A DNA stretch of 48,707 bases, filler included, from Bipalium vagum (taxonomy: Eukaryota), in the NCBI GenBank assembly GCA_037834085.1. It is 2 parts of 2 records of this genome, joined end to end, with 100 filler letters (N's around TTAATTAATTAA, not from the genome) between each part and the next. Parts side by side here need not be neighbours in the genome. Positions count along the whole stretch, not along the records: positions 24,237 to 48,707 come from JBBMKC010200830.1; 1 more part is not named here. The stretch is one strand, 5' to 3'. Of the stretch, positions 35,901 through 47,903 are shown piece after piece. Every line of letters begins with the position of its first letter. The stretch's first letter is position 1. The notes below the pieces were generated by a model. That model saw only the letters and a list, made by a program, of their open reading frames with translations, searched no databases and was not told the origin of the DNA. The translations under genes and the position numbers were made by a program.

Positions 35901-37004
35901 AAGTAAAATAGATGTCTTTTTTTCAATAAAAGAACTGAACAGTTTTTCAACATTATAAAGCAAAGTCGATTTATTAATAACTGTCTTTTGGTTGAAAACA
36001 AATAGGGTGTAATAAAAGTCTGGAAACAGTGAGTAAACATTTTTCAAGTTTAAATTGAAAGGAATCGGGAAATACTTTAATTAACCTATTTCTAAATAAC
36101 ATTTAATATATTTTTGTTTAGTTAGATAAAATATTTTAGAGAATAAAATGCTTTTAGGTTTCGTCTTGTTATCGAACTTTCTAAACAACACCTTTGGTCA
36201 TAAGCTGCAGTCGATGTTTCTATAGTATTGCTAATTTCCTGACGAAGTTTTGTCAAAGTCTGGTCGAGTTTCTTGTACATTAAATCGAATCGCGCTCTTT
36301 CCATGCGTAAAGTATCGATTTCTTCTCTCAGCACTAAAATTTATAACCAAATATCCAATGGTAATCATCTGTCAAAGGTAACCTGCGTTTGATCCCAATA
36401 TTTCATTGTACCGTTTTAATGCGTGTGACAACCGACTTTGTAATGTTTTCATCTTCTTTGCCGACTTCACTGACATTTCCTGGCCAATATTTGAACCACC
36501 TGTTGATTTTTGGAGATTTTTTAGTTTTCTCTCAATTTCTTTGATCTGCAAAATACCAATATGAATTCTAAATCGATTTATTCCTCATTAGATAATGCTT
36601 AATGATACCTTGCTGTCCAATTCATCGTGAATGGCCTTTTCCTCATCTATTTGTTCCTTTAACCAATCTTTGTTATCTCCCAAATTTGCAAGATCTTCAC
36701 AGTTTTTTTCATCTTTCAACTGGTTTGATTTGCTGTCTGCAATTCTGAGACTGGTTAACAAATCTTCCTTTTCCTTTTCTAATTCTTCGATATAATTTCT
36801 AAATAATATTTTCTAATATTATATCTTCTACTGGTTATCAAGATACTTTAATTTAAAAATGGCTTGATGCATTTCCTCGATATATCGAACACGATCGGTT
36901 TGAGCAAGCCTAAGCTGCTGAGAAAGAATTTGGTATTCATGTTCTTTTTCTGCTAACCCCTCTTCTAATTCATGTACTTCACCTTTTTTACCTGCTAGTG
37001 GCAT
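29982..37004 (-). CDS. CCDC63/ODAD1: Outer dynein arm docking complex subunit (CCDC63/CCDC114-ODAD1, DC2 family), 9 exons, about 547 aa
   Basis: Exons 37004-36847, 36798-36609, 36545-36383, 36333-36192, 35195-35018, 34089-33868, 33795-33590, 30417-30182, 30130-29982 (1644 nt, frame consistent). Coiled-coil with family motifs LREEIDTLRMER, STAAYDQREEA, EMKELVRIIDHDRKLKTFM, FIQKEDRNYALFNYV and RPFTRAEL. Confidence 0.9.
30650..32330 (-). mobile_element. Decayed Ty3/gypsy LTR-retrotransposon gag-protease-RT-start relic in CCDC63 intron 7
   Basis: Gag-like LPKILQKGENIEIFICQCLRYF; CCHC knuckles CWSCNKMRHLSRKC and CFACK..DHIRRIC, plus a decayed third (..KHGHYTLEC); retropepsin pieces LRCAND and FIVVKNVTPDLIGGVD; RT lead-in EAFMTEKWDI. 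Many frameshifts. Confidence 0.78.
35390..35900 (+). mobile_element. mariner (Mos1/mauritiana-like) N-terminal remnant in CCDC63 intron 4
   Basis: SKFEQHKEHFR/LIFCFHFGNDTAEANRLLIEVYSEIAPHDKSCRE*FKRFWLADFSVHD resembles the Mos1 N-terminus (LIFCFHLKKTAAESHRMLVEAFGE...WFQRFKSGDFDVDD). Confidence 0.82.
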
Positions 37005-37309
37005 AGCTTAAGAAAAACGTTTACAAGATTTTGATAATTAATGGATTTGAAAATTAGAAAGTTTTAAATTTCACAACCACGATAAATTATACCAATATTA
37101 TATATTCATTTAGATTTATTTAAACAATGATTAATTAAAATAATCATATTTGTTAATTAACATTTCATTAGATATGTTAAGTTCCTAATAAAATTAAAGT
37201 TTGGAGCTAAAAAGAATTAGTACTTCACAGCAAGGTTGCTTATTAATGAATGAAAATAACAAATTCAAATTTATTTTTATATTATTAAAGCAAAATTGCT
37301 TACATGTAT

Positions 37310-37650
37310 CTACCATTAAAGCAAGTTTATTAGTAACAAAATAAAATTCTCAATGTGGAAAACCTTTTACCGAAGGAATGTTTCTAAAAATACTAAATGC
37401 TGAGAGTTTGTGGTGTGATGTGTCCAGAAATAAGTTTGTACAGGAAAACAATTGCTAGAATCGAAGATTTGAATGCTTATATAAATAATCAGTTGTTAGA
37501 CAATTTAGAATCAATTAGATTTAATGCAAAAGCTCTGGACTAAAGCTGGGATGTAAAAATTACTGTTCAGAATGTTAACTAGTTTTTATTTGAGGTATCA
37601 CTGAGGGTTTTCGAATTTCGGAGGAGTTCTTATCAATTTTTTTGATGAAA
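37310..37650 (+). mobile_element. hAT (Charlie/SPIN, GTF2IRD2-like) transposase remnant
   Basis: GKPFTEGMFLK..MCPEISLYRKTIARIEDLNAYINNQL...ALD*SWDVKITVQ...FI*GITEGFRISEEFL matches KPFTEGEF..CPE..ISLSR.T..RI...ALDESTD..TAQL.IFIRG...EE. Confidence 0.78.
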
Positions 37651-38579
37651 AAAAAATCGATCGTGTTACAAATGTTGCTGTGAAATTAGTGAATTACCTA
37701 AGATCAAAGATTATAAATTTTCCGGATTTATATCGATGACTTCGTAAATAGAACATGGAAAGAAAGAAAGGTATTTCAAAAGAAAAATTAAATACATAAG
37801 AGGTGGAAAAATAAATTAATACCTCGAAGGAACTTGAGGACTGAAAATTTACTTGATAACCATGTCCCAGATGCACTGAAGAATTTTTGATTTCAGTTTG
37901 TACTTTACTTTTATTTTGGCTTATTCACACTTTTGCTCGTACGTTTGATTTAGTTTTAGAATATAATATATTGCCATTTTTATTATTTTTTTTAACTGAA
38001 TTTAATATTTGTATTTATATTAAATTTAAATAGGAATCCGAAATTAAGAAAAATTTTACTAATTTTAATTATTCATAAATATTTTGTTATATAATTTTCC
38101 AAATATATAATTATTTTTTTATCCAAGTGTCAAATTATTATATGTAATCAATACTTTTGTGATACTACATTATTTTTTATATTTTATGTAATTTTGAAAT
38201 CAAATATTATGTGCATTTCACTATTTTATATAAAAATAAACATTTTTAATTTTAGAATAGATCATTAAAATTTCTAGTGCAATTTAAAGAATTTTTTAGT
38301 ATTGCAGTGTGATTGATGTTTAAGAAAAAAATTACATGTGCTTTAAATGAGTACAATATTTGTTTAAGTTATCCAACTTCAGCAAATAGTATTTAGAAAT
38401 TAATCCCATATTTTTGTAATTTATTTTTTTGAAAGAATGTTATCCCATAATGATATGTAAATTTATTAATCTACTTACATGATTTTTGATTATCTTGATT
38501 CGTAATATTAGTTTTCAGTATTATCACTTGTCAGTCGTTTATTAAAAATAAATTTCAATTATTTTATATTTAAATTCAG

Positions 38580-41500
38580 AATTTTCGAAGACGGGTTTCA
38601 GTTACAGAAGCAATCAGACAATTATTGCATGGAAAAGAATTCAATTTTGGAAATGGAAACTGCAAAATTTAACGTAATTCATTCATCTGAAATATCAAAA
38701 GTTTTACGGGAATTAACTCAGTGCATTGCAAATGACCAGGATTTATTTTTAAATAGTAACAAACCATCACAAAGTACGGGGAGTAGTTCTTTCAACAGTT
38801 GGGTATTTTAGTTTTCGAGAATTTGTTGATATTCAGAAAACGAAAACATTAAACAAGAATATTTAGATAACACTGAAATGATCAAACCGGAATCATTAAA
38901 ATCAACTTCTGCAAATACTTCCAGCAGCTCATCCACAGTTCCGAATGGGAAATCTGTTGAAGACAAACACATTTGTCAGCAATGCGGGAAACAGTTCAGC
39001 AAAAGAGATTTCCTTCAGAAACATAAAATCGTTCATGAAATCCCTCGTCACAAATGTGTGGCATGTGATAAAAGTTTCGTTCGCGAAGATAAGTTAAAAC
39101 GACACTTCACAAGCATTCACTCAAAACATAGGCCGCACATTTGTGAAATGTGCTCCAAGGCCTTTGCACGAAAGTAAATTGGATCGTTTTTATTCGGAAT
39201 ATTTCCAATGGCACTTTTTTCAGAGACAAATTAAAGGACCACCAGAAGCACCACTTAACGGCCGGAAATAGTTTCCAGTGCACCGAGTGTAATGTTCCGT
39301 TTGTACAGAAATCAGATCTCAATCGCCATTTTCGAGGCATTCACAAAGGGGAAGTAGGAGTGGGAATCAATATTCCCTCGAAAAGTAGAATTATTTTTAT
39401 TAAATCTTTATTTTCAATTTTAATACATTTTTATTGATTATCGATAATATCAAAGTTGTTTCTTTTACGATATCTTATACTTCAGTTCTGAGCTATTTAT
39501 AATATTCAATTATTCATGTCCACTGTCACCCTTGTTAAATTTTTTGAACCACTTTTGAGCATTTCTTATGGACACTGATTTGTCGCCTTCAACTTCAAAT
39601 ATTTTCTTTGCAGCATCTATGGCTCTGAAATTCTGATTCCAGTAATGTTTCAGAAGTATAGAGATTGATAATTTATCCATGCTCTTTTCTGAATAAATAT
39701 AAATACACAATTAAAAGTATCCTACGCGTCTCTTTCTCAGCTTTCAAATGGTGTGCAACTTGATAATATTTAAACATAATATTTTGAAAATTTTCTTTTA
39801 AAGTTTAAAAAACACACGAACTTATGAGTCAACCCAATAAAATGTTTTAGCAGTTTTCGTGGAGTGTTTCGAAGTATAATTTATCTCGATTTTTTTCATT
39901 TTTTACATTAATAAAGTCATTAATTTTTATAAATTAATTTTGTTTTAATAGTAAAAATTACATTTGAAAAAGTATGTAGAACATTTATTTAATAAACTGA
40001 TTTCAAAATGTCCATATTTTATTATCGTAAACTAAAAAATGCTACCAAATCTACAGCAGGATTTACTAATAAAAGATTTTTCAACTTTTAGTTTTATGGG
40101 ATTAGAACAATATAATTCATTATGACCAGTAATAAAACAATTAACGATGTTTCTATGGTCATCAAATAGGCGAACTGAAGTATTTATTGACCAATAAATA
40201 TTAAGAAATAGTTAATCGAAAAAGAATTGCATTTCGCCATGATAACCCAGAATTAGTGTAACATTAATTGTACTTACAAAATATTAAGAATTTGAATGCG
40301 ATGTTTCAGATCGCGTTGCATATTTTTCGGATATTGTACTTTCAGATTACCATCTTTTCTGTTATTTGCAGAATAATTAACCAGGACATGGTAAATCACC
40401 TGGTAAAGTATTTCATTTAGCAGTCCAATTATTTTTACTGATGGTATCACGATTATCGAGCATAATGGTGAATATATTGTTCAATAAATTTTTGGAAAAA
40501 AAACTCCACATTTTTTAATATACATCTTTCTTCACCATTCATTGTTATTTTTTAAATTTTCATCGAGTTTTGTTTTATTGTAATCTTGTCAATCGTCTCT
40601 TTGTGTTCGCCTTTCATCGGTTCGTCATTTTACCAGTCTTCGGCTTGGTAGGGATGCGCTGTGAGAAATTAACATGAAGGAAATTTACTTAATTCTGCCC
40701 TTCATCGGCTGAGCAGGTTTTCGTCCCCTAATTCATCATACCAAAACAACAAACTAACTTGTATCAACAAACACTTTACATTATCTGACTCTAGAGGTTG
40801 TATTTCCTAACTCCCCCCGCATATCATCCTTTCGTATATTCAGAGAAGAAACCCATATGCCTCAAACTCAAAACAAACAAAATATGAGGCGTGTACCATT
40901 TAAAAACTCAAACTAAAAAATATAATTTTAAAAATTTTCAAAAAAAGTTTAACTTAAAAATTTATTATTTGCGCAAAAAGTTATAAATATTATCACAAAG
41001 GAGCTATTTTAAAAACAAGTGCTATATATTGTTTGTGAAGTTTAATATTGACAATGGCGATCTGAAAGATAGCTTAAATTCGGTCTGAATCAGATAAATC
41101 AATTGCTGCGTTATCATTGAAGAGGATAAAAAATTTGATTTTTCATTGTTCATCTTATTAATTGATGTCATTCTTTGAATATACAAGGTGTCATTTAGGT
41201 ATTTTTACAATATTTGAGTAAATATCAAACGAGCATCTCCGTAAAACTTATCAGTTTTTATATAAAAACAAAGACATACACAACATATTACAAATTAAAA
41301 TATTACATGTTAACATAAACGTGGAAATAGTTCTGAGAGATAAATTGAAAATTAGTCTGGGGATGTAGCCCAGCGGTCAGAGCAGTGCATGCGCATGTGA
41401 AGGTCAGGTCCCGGGTTCGAATCCCGGTATCTCCGATTAATTTTCACTAACAAGTTCAACTAAATATTCAAAGATTCATTACAATAAATTTAGGGTTCTA

Positions 41501-44500
41501 AAGCTACTTAATTGACACCCGTATTTCTATTGAATATAATACAAATCTAAAAACGTTACCAAAAATATATTATGGTTTTTTGTTATTACATAAATAATTT
41601 CTTGAGAATTGACAAATTAAGTACTTTTTGTTTACCAATATAAATATTAAATTTAATATTGATTAACAAGGATTTGTCAAGTCAAAAGTGAGTGAAGAAA
41701 ATTCGAAAGACGTTCACACATCAAATGGAGATCAATTCAATCCATTATTGATAGATTCTAGTCAACCAAATAACCCGAAGACAATGATAATATCAAGCTC
41801 CTTTTATCCTATTCAAACATCAATTTTACCCTTAAATTCAAACAGTTCTCATTTGGCACAACTGAACAGCATCTCTGACCTTTCTAATGGACTAATAAAA
41901 CCGAAGATTTCCTTCATACCCAACCTTCCATTGAAAGTGGAACTGAACTATACTGGCTCCACAACGCTACCTCAATTACCTCCTGCACAAGAAACAAAGT
42001 CCTCCAGTTCGATTGAAAAAGAAAATTGTCAAGTGAAATTTAAATCGAAAAGAAATCAAAATAAATCTAAATTAAAGTCCCACAATCGTCAAACAAAAAT
42101 CACCGATACAGGAGCCACTAATAAGTTAATGAACCCCAGCGATATGCAGATGGGCAAAAGTTGTAAAAACGATTCAAGCTCAAATTCTTTCAACTCTCTA
42201 GTTTCAGTAAGACATCCAATTGTTACTTTTAAATATCTTTGTATATTATGACTTGTTTCTTATTTATTAGTTTAAGTTTTTTTTAATTAAAATCTCCGCA
42301 ACATTTTCAAATCAACAGTTTTTCATCAGCATATTATTTTACCAGAACTATTAATTAACCACTGAGAGGTATTTATGATTATTTACTCTAACGTCCTGGG
42401 ACAAATCAGAATATTCATTTTTTCCTCTGGCAATGTTCACTGCTCGTAAAAGACTCCTTTCGTTTTTATATAGAAATGATGAACATTTTCTGAAATGTAA
42501 TAAAAATATTGCAAAATTCACTTTTCACGGCTCAAATACAGCTAATTCCCTTTCAGACACTTTAGGGTTTTGTTTATGAAGTTGAATATTAATTTTAGTA
42601 TCATTATTAATTACAAACAAAAAATAAATTATATTAATTATTTTAAATCAATTAAAATTATGAATCAATAACTATTTAAATCGATAATTAAGATTTTCAA
42701 TATTAATTTTTTAATCCACTTGGTGATTTCCTAATTTACTAATAGGGTACTTTTTGAGCTTTTTATCGATATCTTCGTACCTTTATAATGAACAATATCA
42801 GTCGTGCTACTTCGTACCTGATAGTTAGGTATTTATGTTGTAAAGTTATTACATTATTATAATGGAAATTGCTGGGCTTAATTATGTAGCCATTTTTAAA
42901 AATGAATTTATTTTTGAACTAAGCCTATTTGGAATGAAACATGAATTAATTTGTATTTGAATATGATGTTAACATTCACAAAGTCGAATGTCAATTGAAA
43001 AGCCTTGCACATGACCTTTGAAAATAGAAATAATTTACATTTTTATCAAATCCAAGTTATTTCATTGACTGGTTAACAGTAAAAATTTCAGAATGCTAAT
43101 GTTCTTTAATGATCGTTCTTTTTCTAATTTTTAATTAATTATTTAAAATTCAATACAATAATGTGCAAATATCATATTTTGTTTTAATTTTGATAAAGTA
43201 CATTAGATGATTAAAACTGTTAATTGTAAAGTTGCCTAGAATCATAAGAATTTATTTATACGAGTAGTACTCTAGATTATGCTGTGGGAGAGTATTTGAG
43301 TCAATCATGGTCTGCACCCTGATGTGACCAAGTGATCTGAAGAAAAGAGTAAAGTTTCTGAAATTATAGAAAAGATTGATGTATCGACCACACTCCTTGA
43401 GGAAATCACTTACATTTCCAGAACATCTGTGAATTTCATTGTTAACAAAAAATAGAAGAAACGAAAATTTTTTTCATATTGTTACTTCAACCGATGACAT
43501 TATTAAAAAGAAGTCTATGTGGGATACCTTTTGAAATGAAACAAATGTTGGATTCAGATTAAACATTTATTGTAAGCTTTCTAACTGCTCACGAAACATG
43601 GTTCTTTCAATATGAGCACTGACAACATGTCAAAGGCAGAAGTAGAGTCTTTCCGATGAGCAAAGATCAAATAAAGTGCCATTAAAGGAGATGAATCAAG
43701 ACTAAAATCGGTTTTCTTTGTTTCCGAGGGTGAAATTCATAAGGAAAATGTTCTATATTGTAGTTCGAGATAAATCTGAAAATTTTGTAAAACAAATAAA
43801 ACACCGTAAGTAGAACGATCTAGTGAGGTTTTGTTTGAGAGTCTTTAGAATAATATTATTTGTTGTGATTTCCATTAGCTGTCACAACCACTTCTAGTGT
43901 CGAACGAAACTTTCTACATGTTCGTTTTACTTCTTTCATATTCCAAAGTTTCATAACTTCTTGACAGCATAATGTGAGCTTTTGTTTTGTTCTGGCTTCA
44001 ACTACGCCCCGTAGATAATCGTTGGGATTGCAGTCAAGGATGGAATAATCCATAAATCAGTAGCCATAACCAATAGTAGGTTACATGTAACACAACATTG
44101 AAAATATTTCCCGATTTACCTCTACCACCCTTTAAGTGTTTGAACGTTAATTACAAATATTATGTGTGCCTGGCTGAAAAGGATTCAATGAAGTTGGTCG
44201 GAATACAATGAACAAGGATCATGGTTGCTGTCCTAAGACAATGGATCTGTAAATAAAATGATTTAGTCATAGTGACAATGATAAAGTTCGAAATGTCTCA
44301 GATAATGAAAATCTTTATTTAAATATTTATATGTTTTTAATTATAAACATTTCATGTTCAACCCGGGGATATTTGAAGTATTTCTCGAATTAATTTATTT
44401 ATTTTAAGTAATTTTAAATAATCAATAAAGAATTATATAAAGTTTTAAAATATATAAAAAATCACTCAGAAAATAATTGATCATTAAAAAAGTTAATTAA

Positions 44501-47277
44501 TCAATATGTAATTTTGTGAAATAATTGATCCTTTTTAATTAGTAAAATAAATAAAACGGTTTTAAGAAAATCAAATCATTTATTGTCTATTTATAAAGAG
44601 TTCTTGCAAGTCTGCTTTTGTTATAGTAAAAATATTTAATTTTTTCTAAAATCATTTTAATTTATTTTTTTAAAAAGGGAAGATAAACATTTTATAGTTC
44701 TCTGAAAATCTTAGACAATTAGTTTAAAAAGTTTCTTCCGTTTTCAAAAATTTTAAAAATAAGCCATTTTTTAATTTTATGATTATGAATTACTCTGAGT
44801 GCCATTTTTATAGCGATCCGTATCTCTTGACTGCTTAAATGTTGTGAGAAACTGGATTAAACGCGTCTCACACTAATCTCATGATCTAAATTTGCGTCAC
44901 CAAGAGAGCTGCCATAAACAGAAATTGGAAGTTTTGAGGTGTAAAATCAGGACCATTTTGGTGGATGCAAATAATTTATTCAATAGTTTTAAAGAAGTAT
45001 ATTTATGGGGTGAGGTAACATTATAAAATATCGACAAAAGATAAAATTGGAATTGTGAAATTTATTTGCACAGAATTAAAATAGGTTTGATCACCAAAAT
45101 GTGCAAAAATAATCGATTTCGAACGAAATAAACAATATTCGAGAGTTGCTGTATTTGGTGCAATTTGGTAACACATCCCTACTTGATGCTTTGCTAATTG
45201 ATATTAAGTGAGGTTTTTGGGACCCGTTCAAAGGTGAAATTTCTTCGATTTGTCAGCTTAACTTGGTATCAAGAATTGTTTAGCTTTTGGTGTTCGTTGA
45301 ACATAAACATTTAGATTTAAAACTTGTGACATGGGAGGTAATATTACAATTTACGTACATTCTATTGTAACTGAGCAGATCTCAATTCTTTGGTTTATTT
45401 TAAGTAAAGCAACTCTGCGCTCAGATGCAATTTAGTCATAATTTTTATCTCAAAACAAAATACAATGTTCAATGTCTGCGATAATCTCCTTTTATTGTTT
45501 TTTAGTGGTGCTTATCTACGAATATGAAATGGACTATTAATCACCGTTATTGGTAAACCTAGTTGGGTGGCTTCATTAAAAAGGTAGATATGGTAAGATG
45601 GAGAGTAATCTGACACAATACCTCATATTACACTCAATTCTTTTCATATTTGGAAATGGAATTAACTTAAAATCCTTGTTCAACTCACACTTTAAATGCG
45701 ATATCGAAGTCCATGTTTATTGTTGTCACAGGTCGTCAATTGATACCAAAGCGTGCTATAAAATGAAAACAGAATCAAAGAATTCACATAGTACATAAGA
45801 TTCACAATTGACATTTACAGATCATGCAAGCAATATGGACGGAGGATTACAAAAATAATATTATCAATATTTTCTAAAATTTATGATCATGGAAAAGTAC
45901 ATATTTAAGGATACAGGCTCTACGAAATCAGACATTTGCGGATATATCATCCTTTTAAGGATTTTACTGAAAAACTGTCACCTGTTGGATCAGAATTAAC
46001 TCGTAAAAAAGATTACCGTTAAACGAAAAAATCGAAAATTACAATTTTGTGTGAAGGAAAATATTTACGAGAGATAATTTAAGGTGATTGAACTGTGAAC
46101 AATTAGAAGCGAAAATTGAGGCGAGTTTCTCGTTGTCTTACAAGAAATGTTTTACATAACAAATGAAGAACATATTTGCTCTGTGGTGTAGTTCCTGCTC
46201 CATTACAGAGCTCAGCTGAAAAGAATTCATTTCAAATTGTCTAAGTTTGGTTTTTTGATAAAAAAATAAAAATAAAAAATTCAAAATAAAATAATCAATT
46301 ATATTAAATTCGGCACTGGTCAAGGTTGACAACAAAGGTACAGTTACAATCATAGGGTTAAGAAAAGAATAGAAAATTTCCCGAACAATATTTATTGAAT
46401 GGGATAAAGTTACCAAGCGATGTCTAGGTTTTACTTAAGAAAAGTGATTGGTATTTTGTTAGATCGAGAGGAAAAAGAAAAATATGTGAAAGGAAAAGTT
46501 TTGATTGATCTCCATAATTGCTTGAAAAGTAATAAATGTTATAAAAACACGATCCTAAAATGTTCTCATTTCCTTTTTTGAAGTCCTGAAACTATTTTTG
46601 AAAAGAACTTAGTTTGACTAAGGTGTCCAGTTTTGTTATTATGTCCAAATATTTATTTGATTTTTCAAGTTTTCGTTGAAGTCCATTCGCATTGCTCAAC
46701 TTCGTTCCTTTTGAAGGAACCAAAACTGATTGTGCTGTTTTTGCAGTATAATTTTGATAATTGAATGTATGGTTGGGCCAAAGGGAATTTGCGCCCGAAA
46801 GTGTCATATGAAACACTATTTTTTTATCATAAATGCCAAAGTTAAATATTGTTAAACCAGCAGAGTACTCTTTATTCTCATATTCCAATTATCACTCCTT
46901 TCCAATCTCCGATGATCTCTGTATTTCCAACTGCCCCAGAATTCTACTCACGAGCCCTTACTACAGTGTCGAAGCCGACAATTGGAAATGGATCGATTAT
47001 CAATTCGCCCTCGGCTATCAATGCCTATAACCAATCTGCTTCGATCAACCCCAACGTGTCGACCACGTTTTCATCCTCAATCAACAGCACCAATTCGGTA
47101 AAGCCGGCGTATTCTCTCTGCTCGAACAATATCACCTTTGCTCATCAGAATTTTTATCAATTTCAGCAGAACCAATTTCGATATTACTCTTATTTACAGC
47201 CTGGATCTCATTTTTTCGGACAGCATTCCAACAGACCATTGACATCGAATATATATCCTTATATGCCTTTTAATTGA
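38580..47277 (+). CDS. C2H2 zinc-finger transcription factor (4 fingers, S/P/Q/N-rich tail); 5' end uncertain
   Basis: Exons 38580-about 38773/38797, 38837-39173, 39224-39384, 41671-42206, 46861-47277, with matching phases. Fingers CQQC..HKIVH, CVAC..HFTSIH, CEMC..(split by an intron)..HQKHH, CTEC..HFRGIH. Linking the last two exons is inferred from splice sites and phase. Confidence 0.8.
39490..39839 (-). mobile_element. mariner 5' end (TIR + N-terminus) in zinc-finger gene intron
   Basis: Minus-strand TIR tattgggttgactcataagttcg at 39839, then MDKLSISILLKHYWNQNFRAIDAAKKIFEVEGDKSVSIRNAQKWFKKFNKGD. Confidence 0.88.
40100..40490 (+). mobile_element. Decayed mariner catalytic-domain remnant
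   Basis: IVNRKRIAFRHDNP...AYFSDIVLSDYHLFCYLQNN resembles NRKxVxFHHDNARP...YSPDIAPSDYHLFxSLQN. Confidence 0.72.
41359..41435 (+). tRNA. tRNA-Ala(CGC)-like pseudogene or tRNA-derived element
   Basis: Acceptor stem GGGGATG/TATCTCC with G3:U70, T-arm CCGGG-TTCGAAT-CCCGG, A and B boxes, and TTTT downstream. The anticodon stem does not form canonically and AGGTC is duplicated. Confidence 0.7.
43300..43780 (+). mobile_element. Decayed mariner (irritans-like) remnant
   Basis: FIVSFLTAHETWFFQYEH...DEQRSNKV...FF..EGEIHKENV resembles IITGDETWxFQYDPE...EPRPKK...FFDxRGxIHxEFV. Confidence 0.6.
43856..44060 (-). mobile_element. DD37D (maT-type) transposase 3' remnant
   Basis: DCNPNDYLRGVVEARTK...KEVKRTCRKFRSTLEVVVTANGNH resembles SPDxNPLDYxVWGVVE...RACxRFRSRLEAVVxAxG. 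Confidence 0.72.
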
Positions 47278-47689
47278 TTTAATGTTTCTGTCTACGTGGT
47301 TGATTTATTACGCATTTTAATACACATTTATTATTTGTTGCTCTTTTCATTTCGTCGTCACTCAAAAATCTCAACGTTCATCGTTTTACAAGCTTGATAT
47401 GGAGCTTTTGTCATAAGAAAAAAAATATTCACCGAAAAAAACCTCATTAAATTAATTATGGGGATATGAATTAAATGATGATAATAATTTATATTATGGA
47501 TAAGTAAATCTTTGATACTGCTTTCGTGGAACCTAAAATTTCCCATTTCGGAAAAGTATAAAAATAAAATATTAAAGCAAATACAAAAATCACATTGATT
47601 AATGCAGATTATCAATCAGATTTTTGGATCATTTATTTTTTAAACTCAGGATTTTTCCTGAACTATCAGATATATCAAAACCTCAACAA

Positions 47690-47903
47690 AATACTCAGTA
47701 TCCTTCATATTCACCAGATTTGGCTCCTACGAATTATCATTTTTAAGAATTTAGATAAATTCTTAGGTTAAAAATTGTTTGCTGACGTCAGTTATCGAAA
47801 TCGCCATCTCCGATTTTATAAATTCCAGAAATTTAACTAGCATTAAAAGTCTTGATTGTTGGCAGAAATGTGCTTCAACGAATGGTAACTAATTTTAGTT
47901 AAT
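47690..47903 (+). mobile_element. mariner transposase 3' remnant
   Basis: YPSYSPDLAPTNYHF(frameshift)KNLDKFLG*K...DFINSR...WQKCASTNGN. Confidence 0.8.

Noticed and set aside
42300-42332. Minus-strand CTGATGA...GAAA (similar CTGATGA hits at about 17757, 20455 and 20990)
   Set aside because: No stable stem II, and no valid NUH site or stem I.
44853-44882. Hairpin ending AAACGCGTC-TCACA, like a hammerhead 3' half
   Set aside because: Lacks the CUGANGA core and stem II.
45000-46200. Possible decayed hAT/DNA transposon (TDHASNM fragment)
   Set aside because: A single short motif is not enough support.
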